Shown here one piece after another: positions 8,024-16,228 of a stretch of DNA of 36,550 nt. Each line of letters opens with the position of its first letter. The first letter of the stretch is position 1. The position numbers and the translations under genes are program-made. The notes under the pieces are model-generated. The model was not told the DNA's origin, did not search any database, and was given only the letters and a program-made list of their open reading frames with translations. The stretch is from Planctomycetales bacterium (GTDB lineage Bacteria > Planctomycetota > UBA11346): NCBI GenBank assembly GCA_025362255.1, contig JANYGY010000035.1, forward strand, positions 1 to 36,550, read 5' to 3'.

Positions 8024-11000
8024 ATGTGCGAGATCGAGTTATCGGATGGTGCCAGCGCTCGCATTTGCTTCGCGGGCCTCAGACGGACGCTGGCTCCTGA
8101 AATGACCACCGCGCGCCATTGGACCGATTTTTTCGATGGGACCTCAATCAGCCGAGGTCTTGCTTTTGCCCGTGATAGCCGAGTGCGCATCGTCGCCGGG
8201 GGCGGTGACCGGGTGCGGGGGATGGTGACGGGAAATGGTGGCAATTATCGAGTCGAGGTACAGATCGCGGATCGAGAGGGGCTGCTCGCTTCGTCGATCA
8301 CCACCGAATGCACGTGTCCGGTGGGCATCGCCTGCAAGCACGGGGTCGCCTTGGTGGCGGTGCTTATGGGCATTCATCGCGGCGCAAAAAACTCGACCGC
8401 CCACAATGATGACGACGTCGACGATCCCGATCGCGTCCATCGTGACGACGAAATCGAGATGGAACGGATGCTCGCCTCCAGGATGGGCACGTTCTGGCAC
8501 AAGTCCTCGACGCGGCCGAGCAAGCCAACCGCGCCGGTCTCTCTTCCGGGCAGCGAAGTCGCGCCGCAGGTCGACCTGCTGCCAGCTGCGGCGAGCGATC
8601 ACCTGACCGAACGCTGGTTGGCGCGGGTGGCTCGATCCGAGGTCTCGAAAAATTCCGCTGACGTCTTGTTGGTGGCGCAATTAGGGGTGAATGACGGTGA
8701 ATGGCAGGTGAGCCCGGTGCTGCTCAAACGTAAAAAAAATGGCGAGTGGGGAGTGGGCAAGCGGCTCTCTCGTTGGGCAAGCGTGAGTGGTCAGGAAGAG
8801 CATGAGATCAATCAGCCCCTCTACGCGTTCAGCCACCGCGCCGCCACGTGGCAAAAGGAATTTGGAGGTGACGGATTCCTGTCGCTTGAGGTCGGCTGCA
8901 GCGCGCGGGATCTCGAACACGTGCTCGATGCAGGATTGCTGTTCGACGCGGATACCGCCGCCGGACCGTTGCGCCGAGGCGCCGAGCGCGCGGGACTTTT
9001 CCAGTGGGAAAAATCCGCCGGTGGATGGCAACTGCGGTTGGTGATTCCCGGCAGTCCGCAGGAGAATTCGCCGATCCTCTTGGACCCGGTGTGGTGGTGC
9101 AGCGGGCGGGAAATCGGCCCGGTGGCGTTGCCAGCCAGCGGCAGCGCGTTGGCCCAGATCCTGGCGATGCCCAGGATCCCGTTTGAACGCGTGGCCCAGG
9201 CGATGCCGTTCCTGCGCCGCTGGCTGCCAGATCTGGCGCCGCCAGAAGGGCTGCCTGAGATGGTCGTCCCGGTCCCGATTCTGCGGGTGTGGCAAGGCCC
9301 GGTGCGCTCGCTTGATCCACGTAAAGCGCAACGGCGCTTGGCGGACTTGGCGCTGGTGACCTTCCGCTATGGCCGGGCCGAGCTGCCCGCTGTGGGGTCG
9401 CCGATCCACGGTCGCGGTGGCAATCGAGTGGTTCGCCATCAAGCGGCGGAAATGCAGCGCTTGGCCGAGCTGGCGCGCGTCGGCATCGAGCCGGCGCAGC
9501 GCCCCGGCGGGTGGCTGGTCGAAGAGACCCGCCTCCCCAGCGGCACGCTCTTCATCGCCATCAACGGCCTGACCCCGGCGGGGCTGGTGGCATTGCAAGG
9601 CACCGGCTGGGATATTTCCGGGCGCGCGATCGCCGCGGTGCGGGTCACCGATCTCGGGCCGCTGCAGGCTGATGTCAGCTCGGCTGCAGGCGAGGATTCC
9701 AGCGCTGATGACGGCTGGTTCGATCTGACCCTGGGCACCGTGATCGACGGTCAGCGGATCGACTTGGTGCCTTTGCTGACGCCGCTGTTGCGCGGAGGGC
9801 CCGAGGTGTGGCGGCAGCTGCCGGTCGCCGACGGCGCGGTGCTGGTCACCCATGGTCATGACCAGGTGCTGCGCGTGCCGCTGTCGCTGCTTGAACATCT
9901 GCGCGAACATCTGCTGGCGCTGTTTGCCCGCGAGGCCAGTCCAACGTGGCGGTTGAACCAGTGGGACGCCGGCGTGCTCGCCGGACTCGATGGGCTGGGC
10001 GTCACGATCCTCGGTGGCGAGCGGTTGCGCTCGATCGGCGAAGTGCTCGCGTCGCCGTTGATCCCGGCCATCCCGCCGCCGGGTCTGCAGGGCGTTTTGC
10101 GTCCGTATCAGGCCGAGGGTCTGGCGTGGTTGCAGCGCTTGCGCGAGGTCGGGTTGGGCGGGCTGCTCGCGGATGACATGGGCTTGGGCAAGACCGTGCA
10201 GGTGATCGCCCATCTGCTCGCCGAGCAGACCGCGGGCCGGTTGGATCGTCCGTGCTTGGTGATCTGCCCGGCGAGCCTGATCGGCGTCTGGCGGCGCGAG
10301 CTGGAGCGTTTTGCCCCGTCGCTGATTCCGCGCGTGCTGCATGGGCTGAGGAGGGATCAATCGTCCTTGATCGCCGGGGTCGTCGGCATCACCACCTATG
10401 CGACGTTGCAGCGCGACATCGACGGCCTGGAGAAAATTCCCCTGCACGTCGCCATCTGCGATGAAGCGCAAGCGGTCAAAAACGCCGGCGCGAAAAGTGC
10501 CCAGGCGATCAGACGCCTCGACGCGCGCCAACGTCTGGCGCTGACCGGCACGCCGATGGAAAACCATCTCGGCGAATTGCACGCCCAGGTGACGTGGGTC
10601 GCCCCCGGGCTCTTCGGCTCGCGCGCCACCTTCGAGACCCACTACGTCAAGCCGATCGCCGCCGGTGATGCCACGCGCGGCGATCTGCTGCGGCGGCGGC
10701 TGAAGGCGGTGCTCTTGCGGCGGACCAAGGAACAGGTCGCCCCGGAATTGCCGCCGCGCAGCGAAAGCGTGGTCAGCGTCGAACTCGGCCAGCCTCAGCG
10801 GCGTTTGTACGAGGCCATCCGCCTGGCGATGGACTCGCGCATCCGCGAGGTCATCCGCGACAAGGGCCTCGCGCGCAGCCGAATCGAAGTCCTCGAGGCC
10901 CTGCTGCGGTTGCGCCAAGTCTGCTGCGATCCGCAATTGCTGGGCACCGCTGCCGGGCGTGCCTGCACCGAATCCGCCAAGCTCGATTGGCTGAGCGAGC

Positions 11001-11491
11001 AGGTGCCGACGATGATCGAAGACGGTCGGCGGGTGCTGTTGTTTTCACAGTTCACCAGTTTCCTCGATCGCATCGAAGAGGTCGTGCTCAAGCCTGCGAA
11101 TGTCTCGTACCAGCGCCTCGACGGTCAGACCCGCAATCGCCAAGAACTGGTCGACACCTTCCAGGCCGGAACGGTGCCGCTGTTTCTGCTCAGCCTCAAA
11201 GCCGGCGGTACGGGCCTGACGTTGACTGCCGCCGACACCGTGATCCTGGCGGATCCGTGGTGGAACCCCGCCGCCGAAGCCCAGGCCGCCGATCGCGCCC
11301 ATCGCATTGGTCAGGACAAGCCGGTGTTCATCTATCGACTGGTCGCCAGCGGCACGATCGAGGAAAAAGTCCTGGCGCTGCAAGCCTCGAAAAAAGCGCT
11401 CGCTGATGCGTTGTTCGATGAAACCGGGCAGAGCCTCGGTCAGTTGACGCCAGAAGACCTGAGTGCTCTCCTTGCGCCGATGACGTCGTAA
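8024..11491 (+). CDS. SWIM zinc-finger / SNF2-family helicase (DEAD-like helicase N + helicase C)
   Basis: SWIM CxCx5CxH is present (ECTCPVGIACKH). SNF2 motifs: LRPYQAEGLAWL, LADDMGLGKT, DEAQAVKN, LTGTPMENHLGEL, LLFSQFTSFLD, GGTGLTLTAADTVILADPWWNPAAEAQAADRAHRIGQ. Confidence 0.9.
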   Translation: MCEIELSDGASARICFAGLRRTLAPEMTTARHWTDFFDGTSISRGLAFARDSRVRIVAGGGDRVRGMVTGNGGNYRVEVQIADREGLLASSITTECTCPVGIACKHGVALVAVLMGIHRGAKNSTAHNDDDVDDPDRVHRDDEIEMERMLASRMGTFWHKSSTRPSKPTAPVSLPGSEVAPQVDLLPAAASDHLTERWLARVARSEVSKNSADVLLVAQLGVNDGEWQVSPVLLKRKKNGEWGVGKRLSRWASVSGQEEHEINQPLYAFSHRAATWQKEFGGDGFLSLEVGCSARDLEHVLDAGLLFDADTAAGPLRRGAERAGLFQWEKSAGGWQLRLVIPGSPQENSPILLDPVWWCSGREIGPVALPASGSALAQILAMPRIPFERVAQAMPFLRRWLPDLAPPEGLPEMVVPVPILRVWQGPVRSLDPRKAQRRLADLALVTFRYGRAELPAVGSPIHGRGGNRVVRHQAAEMQRLAELARVGIEPAQRPGGWLVEETRLPSGTLFIAINGLTPAGLVALQGTGWDISGRAIAAVRVTDLGPLQADVSSAAGEDSSADDGWFDLTLGTVIDGQRIDLVPLLTPLLRGGPEVWRQLPVADGAVLVTHGHDQVLRVPLSLLEHLREHLLALFAREASPTWRLNQWDAGVLAGLDGLGVTILGGERLRSIGEVLASPLIPAIPPPGLQGVLRPYQAEGLAWLQRLREVGLGGLLADDMGLGKTVQVIAHLLAEQTAGRLDRPCLVICPASLIGVWRRELERFAPSLIPRVLHGLRRDQSSLIAGVVGITTYATLQRDIDGLEKIPLHVAICDEAQAVKNAGAKSAQAIRRLDARQRLALTGTPMENHLGELHAQVTWVAPGLFGSRATFETHYVKPIAAGDATRGDLLRRRLKAVLLRRTKEQVAPELPPRSESVVSVELGQPQRRLYEAIRLAMDSRIREVIRDKGLARSRIEVLEALLRLRQVCCDPQLLGTAAGRACTESAKLDWLSEQVPTMIEDGRRVLLFSQFTSFLDRIEEVVLKPANVSYQRLDGQTRNRQELVDTFQAGTVPLFLLSLKAGGTGLTLTAADTVILADPWWNPAAEAQAADRAHRIGQDKPVFIYRLVASGTIEEKVLALQASKKALADALFDETGQSLGQLTPEDLSALLAPMTS

Positions 11492-11547
11492 AAGGTGGCG
11501 CGGGGGAAGTCGTTAGGAAACCCGAAAACTGTTTATAGTTTCCATGC

Positions 11548-11880
11548 ATGAAAAGCGTCCACGTCGTCGGAGCGATCGCCGCCTGCGCGGCCACCGTTCA
11601 ACTCGGGTTGATCGGCTGGGCGACGGCGACCGGTGGCAGCGTGATCACCGCGCTTGCGACCATGGCCGAAACGCCGTGGGGCCTGACCACCATTGCGGAT
11701 CTGTACCTCGGTTTATTGGTCGTCGCCCTGTGGATCTCGCTGCTTGAGCGGTCGCTGTGGCGCGCTGCACCGTGGTGGCTGGGGTTGTTCCTGCTCGGCA
11801 ACCTGACCACCGCGGCGTATGTCGCGTGGCGCTGTTTTACCCGAGCGACGTTGCGCGATGCGTTGCTCGGCCCAGCCTAA
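11548..11880 (+). CDS. DUF1475-like small membrane protein
   Basis: 110 aa, 3 TM. The block ETPWGLTTIADLYLGLLVVALWISLLERSLWRAAPWWLGLFLLGNLTTAAYV matches my memory of the DUF1475 pattern. Confidence 0.5.
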   Translation: MKSVHVVGAIAACAATVQLGLIGWATATGGSVITALATMAETPWGLTTIADLYLGLLVVALWISLLERSLWRAAPWWLGLFLLGNLTTAAYVAWRCFTRATLRDALLGPA

Positions 11881-11914
11881 ATCATCAACAATTTGTTCAT
11901 CAGGAATCACCATC

Positions 11915-12481
11915 ATGAATCGCCAACTCGTCATCATCCTGGCCGCCACGTTCTTCAGCGCCGGCGTGGTCCCCGCCGTCGAAGTCGCGGGCAAAGCCAT
12001 TCCCGATCTGGCGCAGGTCGGCAAGACCGATGTGCCGCTACGCGGCGCCGAACTGCTGAAATACAAATGGGTGATCTCGCTGTATGTCGCCGGTCTTTAT
12101 CTGCCGGCCGGCACCGAGGCGACTCCTGACGCCGCCGTAGCCGCCAGTCCCAAACGGCTGCTGATGCATTATTCACGGGATATCCCGCGTGAAAAAATGG
12201 TCGAAGCCACCGATGAGACGATCGGCCGCGGCTTGGCTCCGGTGCAGATTCAGGCCCTGCAATCGAGTTTGAAGACGTGGAATGCGCTCTATCCCGCCCC
12301 GCTTGAAAACGACGTGTTGACGTTCGACCACCTGCCCGGCGGCGTCCTGATCATGGCCCTCAACGGCACGGAAGTCGGGCGCCTGACCGATGAGAATTTC
12401 GCGCGGGCCTTGTTTTCGATCTGGATCGGCAAAGAGCCGGTCAAAGAAAGCCTGCGCGACGTCATCATCGGAAAAAAATAG
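11915..12481 (+). CDS. chalcone-isomerase-like (fatty-acid-binding type) secreted protein
   Basis: Track ORF 11819-12481. The internal ATG at 11915 gives a signal peptide (MNRQLVIILAATFFSAGVVPA). The block YKWVISLYVAGLYLP...LLMHYSRDI is typical of the Chalcone_3/CHI-like family. Confidence 0.6.
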   Translation: MNRQLVIILAATFFSAGVVPAVEVAGKAIPDLAQVGKTDVPLRGAELLKYKWVISLYVAGLYLPAGTEATPDAAVAASPKRLLMHYSRDIPREKMVEATDETIGRGLAPVQIQALQSSLKTWNALYPAPLENDVLTFDHLPGGVLIMALNGTEVGRLTDENFARALFSIWIGKEPVKESLRDVIIGKK

Positions 12482-12485
12482 TCCA

Positions 12486-13187
12486 CTATTTTGCGCGAAC
12501 CGTCCTCAATCCACCGTCGACCGCCAGCACCTGGCCAGTGATCCACGATGACGCGGGCGACAGCAACCAGGCGATGGCCGCGGCTTGATCATCAGGCGTT
12601 CCGAGCCGACCGAGCGGATGCATCGCGGTCACGGCTTTGCGGATCTGTTCGTTCGCGACCATCCCGGCGGTCAATGGCGTTTCGGTCAGCGCTGGAGCGA
12701 CGGCGTTGATGCGCAGACCGCTGGCGGCGTAACTTGCGGCCGCCGAGCGGACCAAGCCTTCGATGCCGGCCTTTGCCGCCGCGATCGCTTCATGATTGGC
12801 CAAGCCGAGGCCGGCAGCGACCGAACTGACGAACACCAGCGAGCCGCGCATCGGCACCTTGGCGAGGACCTGCAAAAGCAGGAAGGCACTGTCGAGATTG
12901 GTCGCCTGGACGCCGCGCCATTCAGCAAACGTCAGGCGATGAGCCGGCTTCAACAGCAGCGAGCCCACGCAGTGCGCCGCGCCATCAAGGGGTGGCCGCG
13001 TGCTGAGGAACGCCTCTAATTCAGCAGCTCCGGCCTCGGTCGTCAGATCTGCAGCCAGGCTCGGATGGCCAAGCGCACTGATCGTGGCGGCGGTACGGCC
13101 AACCAGGGTCAGCTCATGGCCCGCAAGATGGCTGATGAGCGTGCGACCGATGCCGCCGGCGGCACCAGTGATGAGATAATGGGCCAT
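12486..13187 (-). CDS. SDR family oxidoreductase
   Basis: N-terminal Rossmann motif ITGAAGGIGRTL. The SVAAGLG...AAAKAG region stands in for the YxxxK segment. Typical length of 233 aa. Confidence 0.85.
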   Translation of the reverse strand: MAHYLITGAAGGIGRTLISHLAGHELTLVGRTAATISALGHPSLAADLTTEAGAAELEAFLSTRPPLDGAAHCVGSLLLKPAHRLTFAEWRGVQATNLDSAFLLLQVLAKVPMRGSLVFVSSVAAGLGLANHEAIAAAKAGIEGLVRSAAASYAASGLRINAVAPALTETPLTAGMVANEQIRKAVTAMHPLGRLGTPDDQAAAIAWLLSPASSWITGQVLAVDGGLRTVRAK

Positions 13188-13273
13188 GGAAACTGTCTCC
13201 GTGTATTTGGTACTTGATGTGGCCGTTTTGAACGGTTTGATCGTTTTGTCGACCCCCCAATTCTGAGGATGCC

Positions 13274-13972
13274 ATGCGCCACAGCGACCACGTCAGTGAA
13301 TCAGAAGCCCCGGCGCTCGTCGCCGACACCGGACCTCGGCGGATCGCCATGCGCTTGCGCCTCGCCCGTCCGACCAGCTCGTTGCGTGACGTGAAACCTG
13401 TAATCGCCCCCAAGCCCGATCTCGTCCGGATGGCGGCCGCGGTGCGTGAATTGCTGTTGGCGGCAGGCGAAGATCCCACCCGTGAGGGCCTGCGCGATAC
13501 GCCGCAACGCGTCGCGAAAAGTTTCGCCGAACAGATCGCTGGTCTGCGCGATGACCCGGCGCGCCATCTCGGGCGGGTCTTCAGTTCGAGTTTCGATGGC
13601 GTCGTGCAGGTTCGCGGCATCGACTTTTCGAGTCTGTGCGAACATCACCTGCTGCCGATCGTCGGTCGCGTCCACATCGCCTATCTGCCACGCGCCGGGC
13701 AGGTGGTCGGGATCTCAAAATTGGCGCGCCTCGTCGACATTTATGGCCATCGCCCGCAAGTGCAGGAGCGCATGACCACTGACATCGTCGACGCGCTGGA
13801 GCGCCATCTCGATCCGCTGGGCATCGCCGTGCGGGTCGAGGCCGAACACATGTGCATGAAGGTCCGTGGCGTGCGCCGCGCCTGCGCCACGACCCTGACG
13901 GTCCTCCGCCGGGGTGTCTTCGCGGATCAGCCCGAGCGGTGGCCAGAGCTGGCGCAACTGCTCGCGCCATGA
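13274..13972 (+). CDS. folE: GTP cyclohydrolase I
   Basis: Motifs GEDPTREGLRDTPQRVAKSF, CEHHLLPIVGRVHIAYLP and HRPQVQERMT. The start is uncertain: the N-terminus is longer than usual, with alternative ATGs at 13349 and 13430. Confidence 0.85.
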   Translation: MRHSDHVSESEAPALVADTGPRRIAMRLRLARPTSSLRDVKPVIAPKPDLVRMAAAVRELLLAAGEDPTREGLRDTPQRVAKSFAEQIAGLRDDPARHLGRVFSSSFDGVVQVRGIDFSSLCEHHLLPIVGRVHIAYLPRAGQVVGISKLARLVDIYGHRPQVQERMTTDIVDALERHLDPLGIAVRVEAEHMCMKVRGVRRACATTLTVLRRGVFADQPERWPELAQLLAP

Positions 13973-15546
13973 GACTTTTTTTCGAGCGTTTGCGCGCCGT
14001 GCAGCCGCCAGTGACGGTACCGCGGCGGTGGATCTTCGTGCCCTATGATCAGCTCACCGATGCCATCGGCCCGCTCAGCGAGCAGCCGGCCAACGCGAGC
14101 GGCATCGTCCTGGTTGAAACGCCGGCGAAGGCCGCGCGGCGGCCGTATCATCGTCAAAAGCTCGCGATGATCCTGGCCAATCAGCGGCATTTCGCGCTCG
14201 AACAGGCGGCGCGTGGAGTAGCTGTGCATTACCTCGTCAACGATGCGGGCTACGCTGCCGCGCTCAGCGGATTTGCGCATCCGTTGACGATGATGGAAGC
14301 CGCCGAGCGCGAATTGCGGGTCGAGCTGCAACCACTTATTGCCAGCGGCGCGCTCCGCGTCGTGGCCCATGCCGGCTGGCTGACCAGCAGCGCGTTGTTT
14401 GCTCGCGTTCCTGCCCCACCTGCTTCGCCCTGGCGCATGGACGCATTTTACCGGCTCGCGCGCAGCACCAACGACGTCCTGATGGAGGACGGCAAACCGC
14501 GCGGCGGAAAGTGGTCATTCGATAGCGACAACCGCCAACCGTGGAAAGGCGATCCGCCCGCGCCCGAGCAGCTGCGCTTCGTCCCCGACGACATCACCAG
14601 CGAAGTCGGTGACCTCATCGCAACGCGTTTCGCCGAGCATCCGGGTACGCTCGATCTGACCACTCTGCCGGCGACAGCGGCCGATGCGCACGAGCTGTGG
14701 GAGTGGGCGAAAGCGCACTGCCTGCCGTGGTTCGGTCCGTTCGAAGACGCCATGAGCCGCCGTTCCAGTGGCTTGTTCCACACCCGCATCGCACCGCTGC
14801 TCAACCTTCATCGCCTACTGCCGCAACGGATCGTCGCCGAGGTGGCGCAGCTCGACCTGCCGCTCGCGTCGCAGGAAGGATTCATTCGCCAGATCCTGGG
14901 CTGGCGGGAATTCGTGCATCACGTCCACGTCGCCACGGATGGATTCCGGCATCTGCCGGGCAGCCCAGACGTCAGCCTGAATGCGAATTTCCTCAACAAT
15001 CACGAAGCCCTGCCAGCGACGTTCTGGCCCGGAGCACCAAGCGGGCTGGCGTGTCTCGATCGGGTCGTCGAAGACGTCTGGCGCGAAGGCTGGTCGCATC
15101 ACATCACGCGCTTGATGGTGCTGGCGAATGTCGCGCTGCTGTTGGATGTCGAGCCGCGCCAGATCACCGAGTGGTTCTGGATCGCGTACATCGACGCGTT
15201 CGATTGGGTGGTCGAGCCCAACGTCATGGCGATGGGCTCGTTCGCGGTTGGTGAGCTGATGACCACCAAGCCATATCTCGGCGGTGGGGCCTACATCAAC
15301 CGCATGTCCGATCATTGCCGGGCGTGTCGTTTCGATCCGGCGAAAAATTGCCCGGTCACCACTCTGTACTGGGATTGGTTCAGGCGGCATGGTGAGGTGG
15401 TGCGCCGCAATCCCCGCATGTCCACGATCGTCGCCGGGCACGCCAAACGCGGCCCGGCGAAACACGCCGCCGATCAGCTGCGCGCCTCGGCTATCCGCCG
15501 GATGTTGGCGGCTGGCGAGTTCCTCACTCCGGAAAGCCTGCCGTGA
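13969..15546 (+). CDS. cryptochrome/photolyase family protein, Fe-S bacterial (6-4)-photolyase/CryB-like (COG3046 type)
   Basis: Track ORF 13852-15546. The ATG at 13969 overlaps the folE stop (ATGA). Blocks IRQILGWREFV, HHITRLMVLAN and YINRMSDHCRACRFDPAKNCP (CxxC..C, plus upstream LACLD Cys) resemble the 4-Cys cluster of PhrB/CryB-type enzymes. Confidence 0.75.
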   Translation: MRLFFERLRAVQPPVTVPRRWIFVPYDQLTDAIGPLSEQPANASGIVLVETPAKAARRPYHRQKLAMILANQRHFALEQAARGVAVHYLVNDAGYAAALSGFAHPLTMMEAAERELRVELQPLIASGALRVVAHAGWLTSSALFARVPAPPASPWRMDAFYRLARSTNDVLMEDGKPRGGKWSFDSDNRQPWKGDPPAPEQLRFVPDDITSEVGDLIATRFAEHPGTLDLTTLPATAADAHELWEWAKAHCLPWFGPFEDAMSRRSSGLFHTRIAPLLNLHRLLPQRIVAEVAQLDLPLASQEGFIRQILGWREFVHHVHVATDGFRHLPGSPDVSLNANFLNNHEALPATFWPGAPSGLACLDRVVEDVWREGWSHHITRLMVLANVALLLDVEPRQITEWFWIAYIDAFDWVVEPNVMAMGSFAVGELMTTKPYLGGGAYINRMSDHCRACRFDPAKNCPVTTLYWDWFRRHGEVVRRNPRMSTIVAGHAKRGPAKHAADQLRASAIRRMLAAGEFLTPESLP

Positions 15547-16220
15547 ACCCTGCTGATGTGAAATCCGCGCTGACCTTCAACCGGGTGAGCAAATCGTTTG
15601 CCGGGCGGACGATCCTCAATGCGGTGGATGCCACGGTGAATCCCGGCGAAATCGTGGTGCTGCTCGGGCGCAGCGGCAGCGGCAAGTCGACCATCGTCAA
15701 CCTCGCGGCGGGCATGGAGCAGCCCGACAGTGGCAGCGTCGTGCTCGCCGGCCACCCGCTCGCGCAGGTGTCTGAGCGCGAGCGCACGCTGCTGCGCCGG
15801 CGCTCGGTCGGCTTGGTGTTCCAGGCGTTCAATCTGCTGCCCGAGTTGACGGTGTTTGAAAATGTACATCTGCGTCACGCCCTCGATGGCCGCGACGGGA
15901 CCAAAGAGGTCGAGGCAATGCTCGCAGAAGTCGGACTCGCGGGCCGCGGCGGTGAACATCCCGATCACCTCAGTGGCGGCGAGCAGCAGCGCGTCGCGGT
16001 CGCCGCCGCGCTGGTCCATCAACCGGCGTTGGTGCTGGCCGATGAGCCCACCGGTGCGCTCGATCAGGTGACCGCTGGAGTGATCGTCGACCTGCTCGTG
16101 CGTCTCACCCGCGGTCGTGGCGGGGCGTTGGTATTCGTCACCCACAATCCCGAATACGTGGCCATCGCCGATCGCGTATGGCGGCTGGATGACGGCCAAC
16201 TTTCTCAAGAGAGATCATAG
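15543..16220 (+). CDS. ABC transporter ATP-binding protein (LolD/MacB/AttE-like)
   Basis: Walker A GRSGSGKST, signature LSGGEQQRVAVAAAL, Walker B LVLADEPTGALD. The GTG start overlaps the photolyase stop (GTGA). Confidence 0.9.
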   Translation: MNPADVKSALTFNRVSKSFAGRTILNAVDATVNPGEIVVLLGRSGSGKSTIVNLAAGMEQPDSGSVVLAGHPLAQVSERERTLLRRRSVGLVFQAFNLLPELTVFENVHLRHALDGRDGTKEVEAMLAEVGLAGRGGEHPDHLSGGEQQRVAVAAALVHQPALVLADEPTGALDQVTAGVIVDLLVRLTRGRGGALVFVTHNPEYVAIADRVWRLDDGQLSQERS

Positions 16221-16228
16221 GAAAATCG

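Noticed and set aside
7930-8031. CRISPR-like or mobile-element repeat
   Set aside because: There are only two copies of a 25-nt direct repeat, with no array periodicity, no cas genes, no transposase and no target-site duplication. It is better explained as a local RNA-structure element.
8681-10936. 751-aa minus-strand ORF
   Set aside because: Entirely antisense to the well-supported SWIM-SNF2 gene. It has Arg/Gly/Pro/Ala/Gln-rich low-complexity composition typical of stop-poor antisense frames in GC-rich DNA, with no recognisable motif.
15474-16208. 244-aa minus-strand ORF
   Set aside because: Antisense to the ABC ATPase gene, which has clear Walker A, signature and Walker B motifs on the plus strand.
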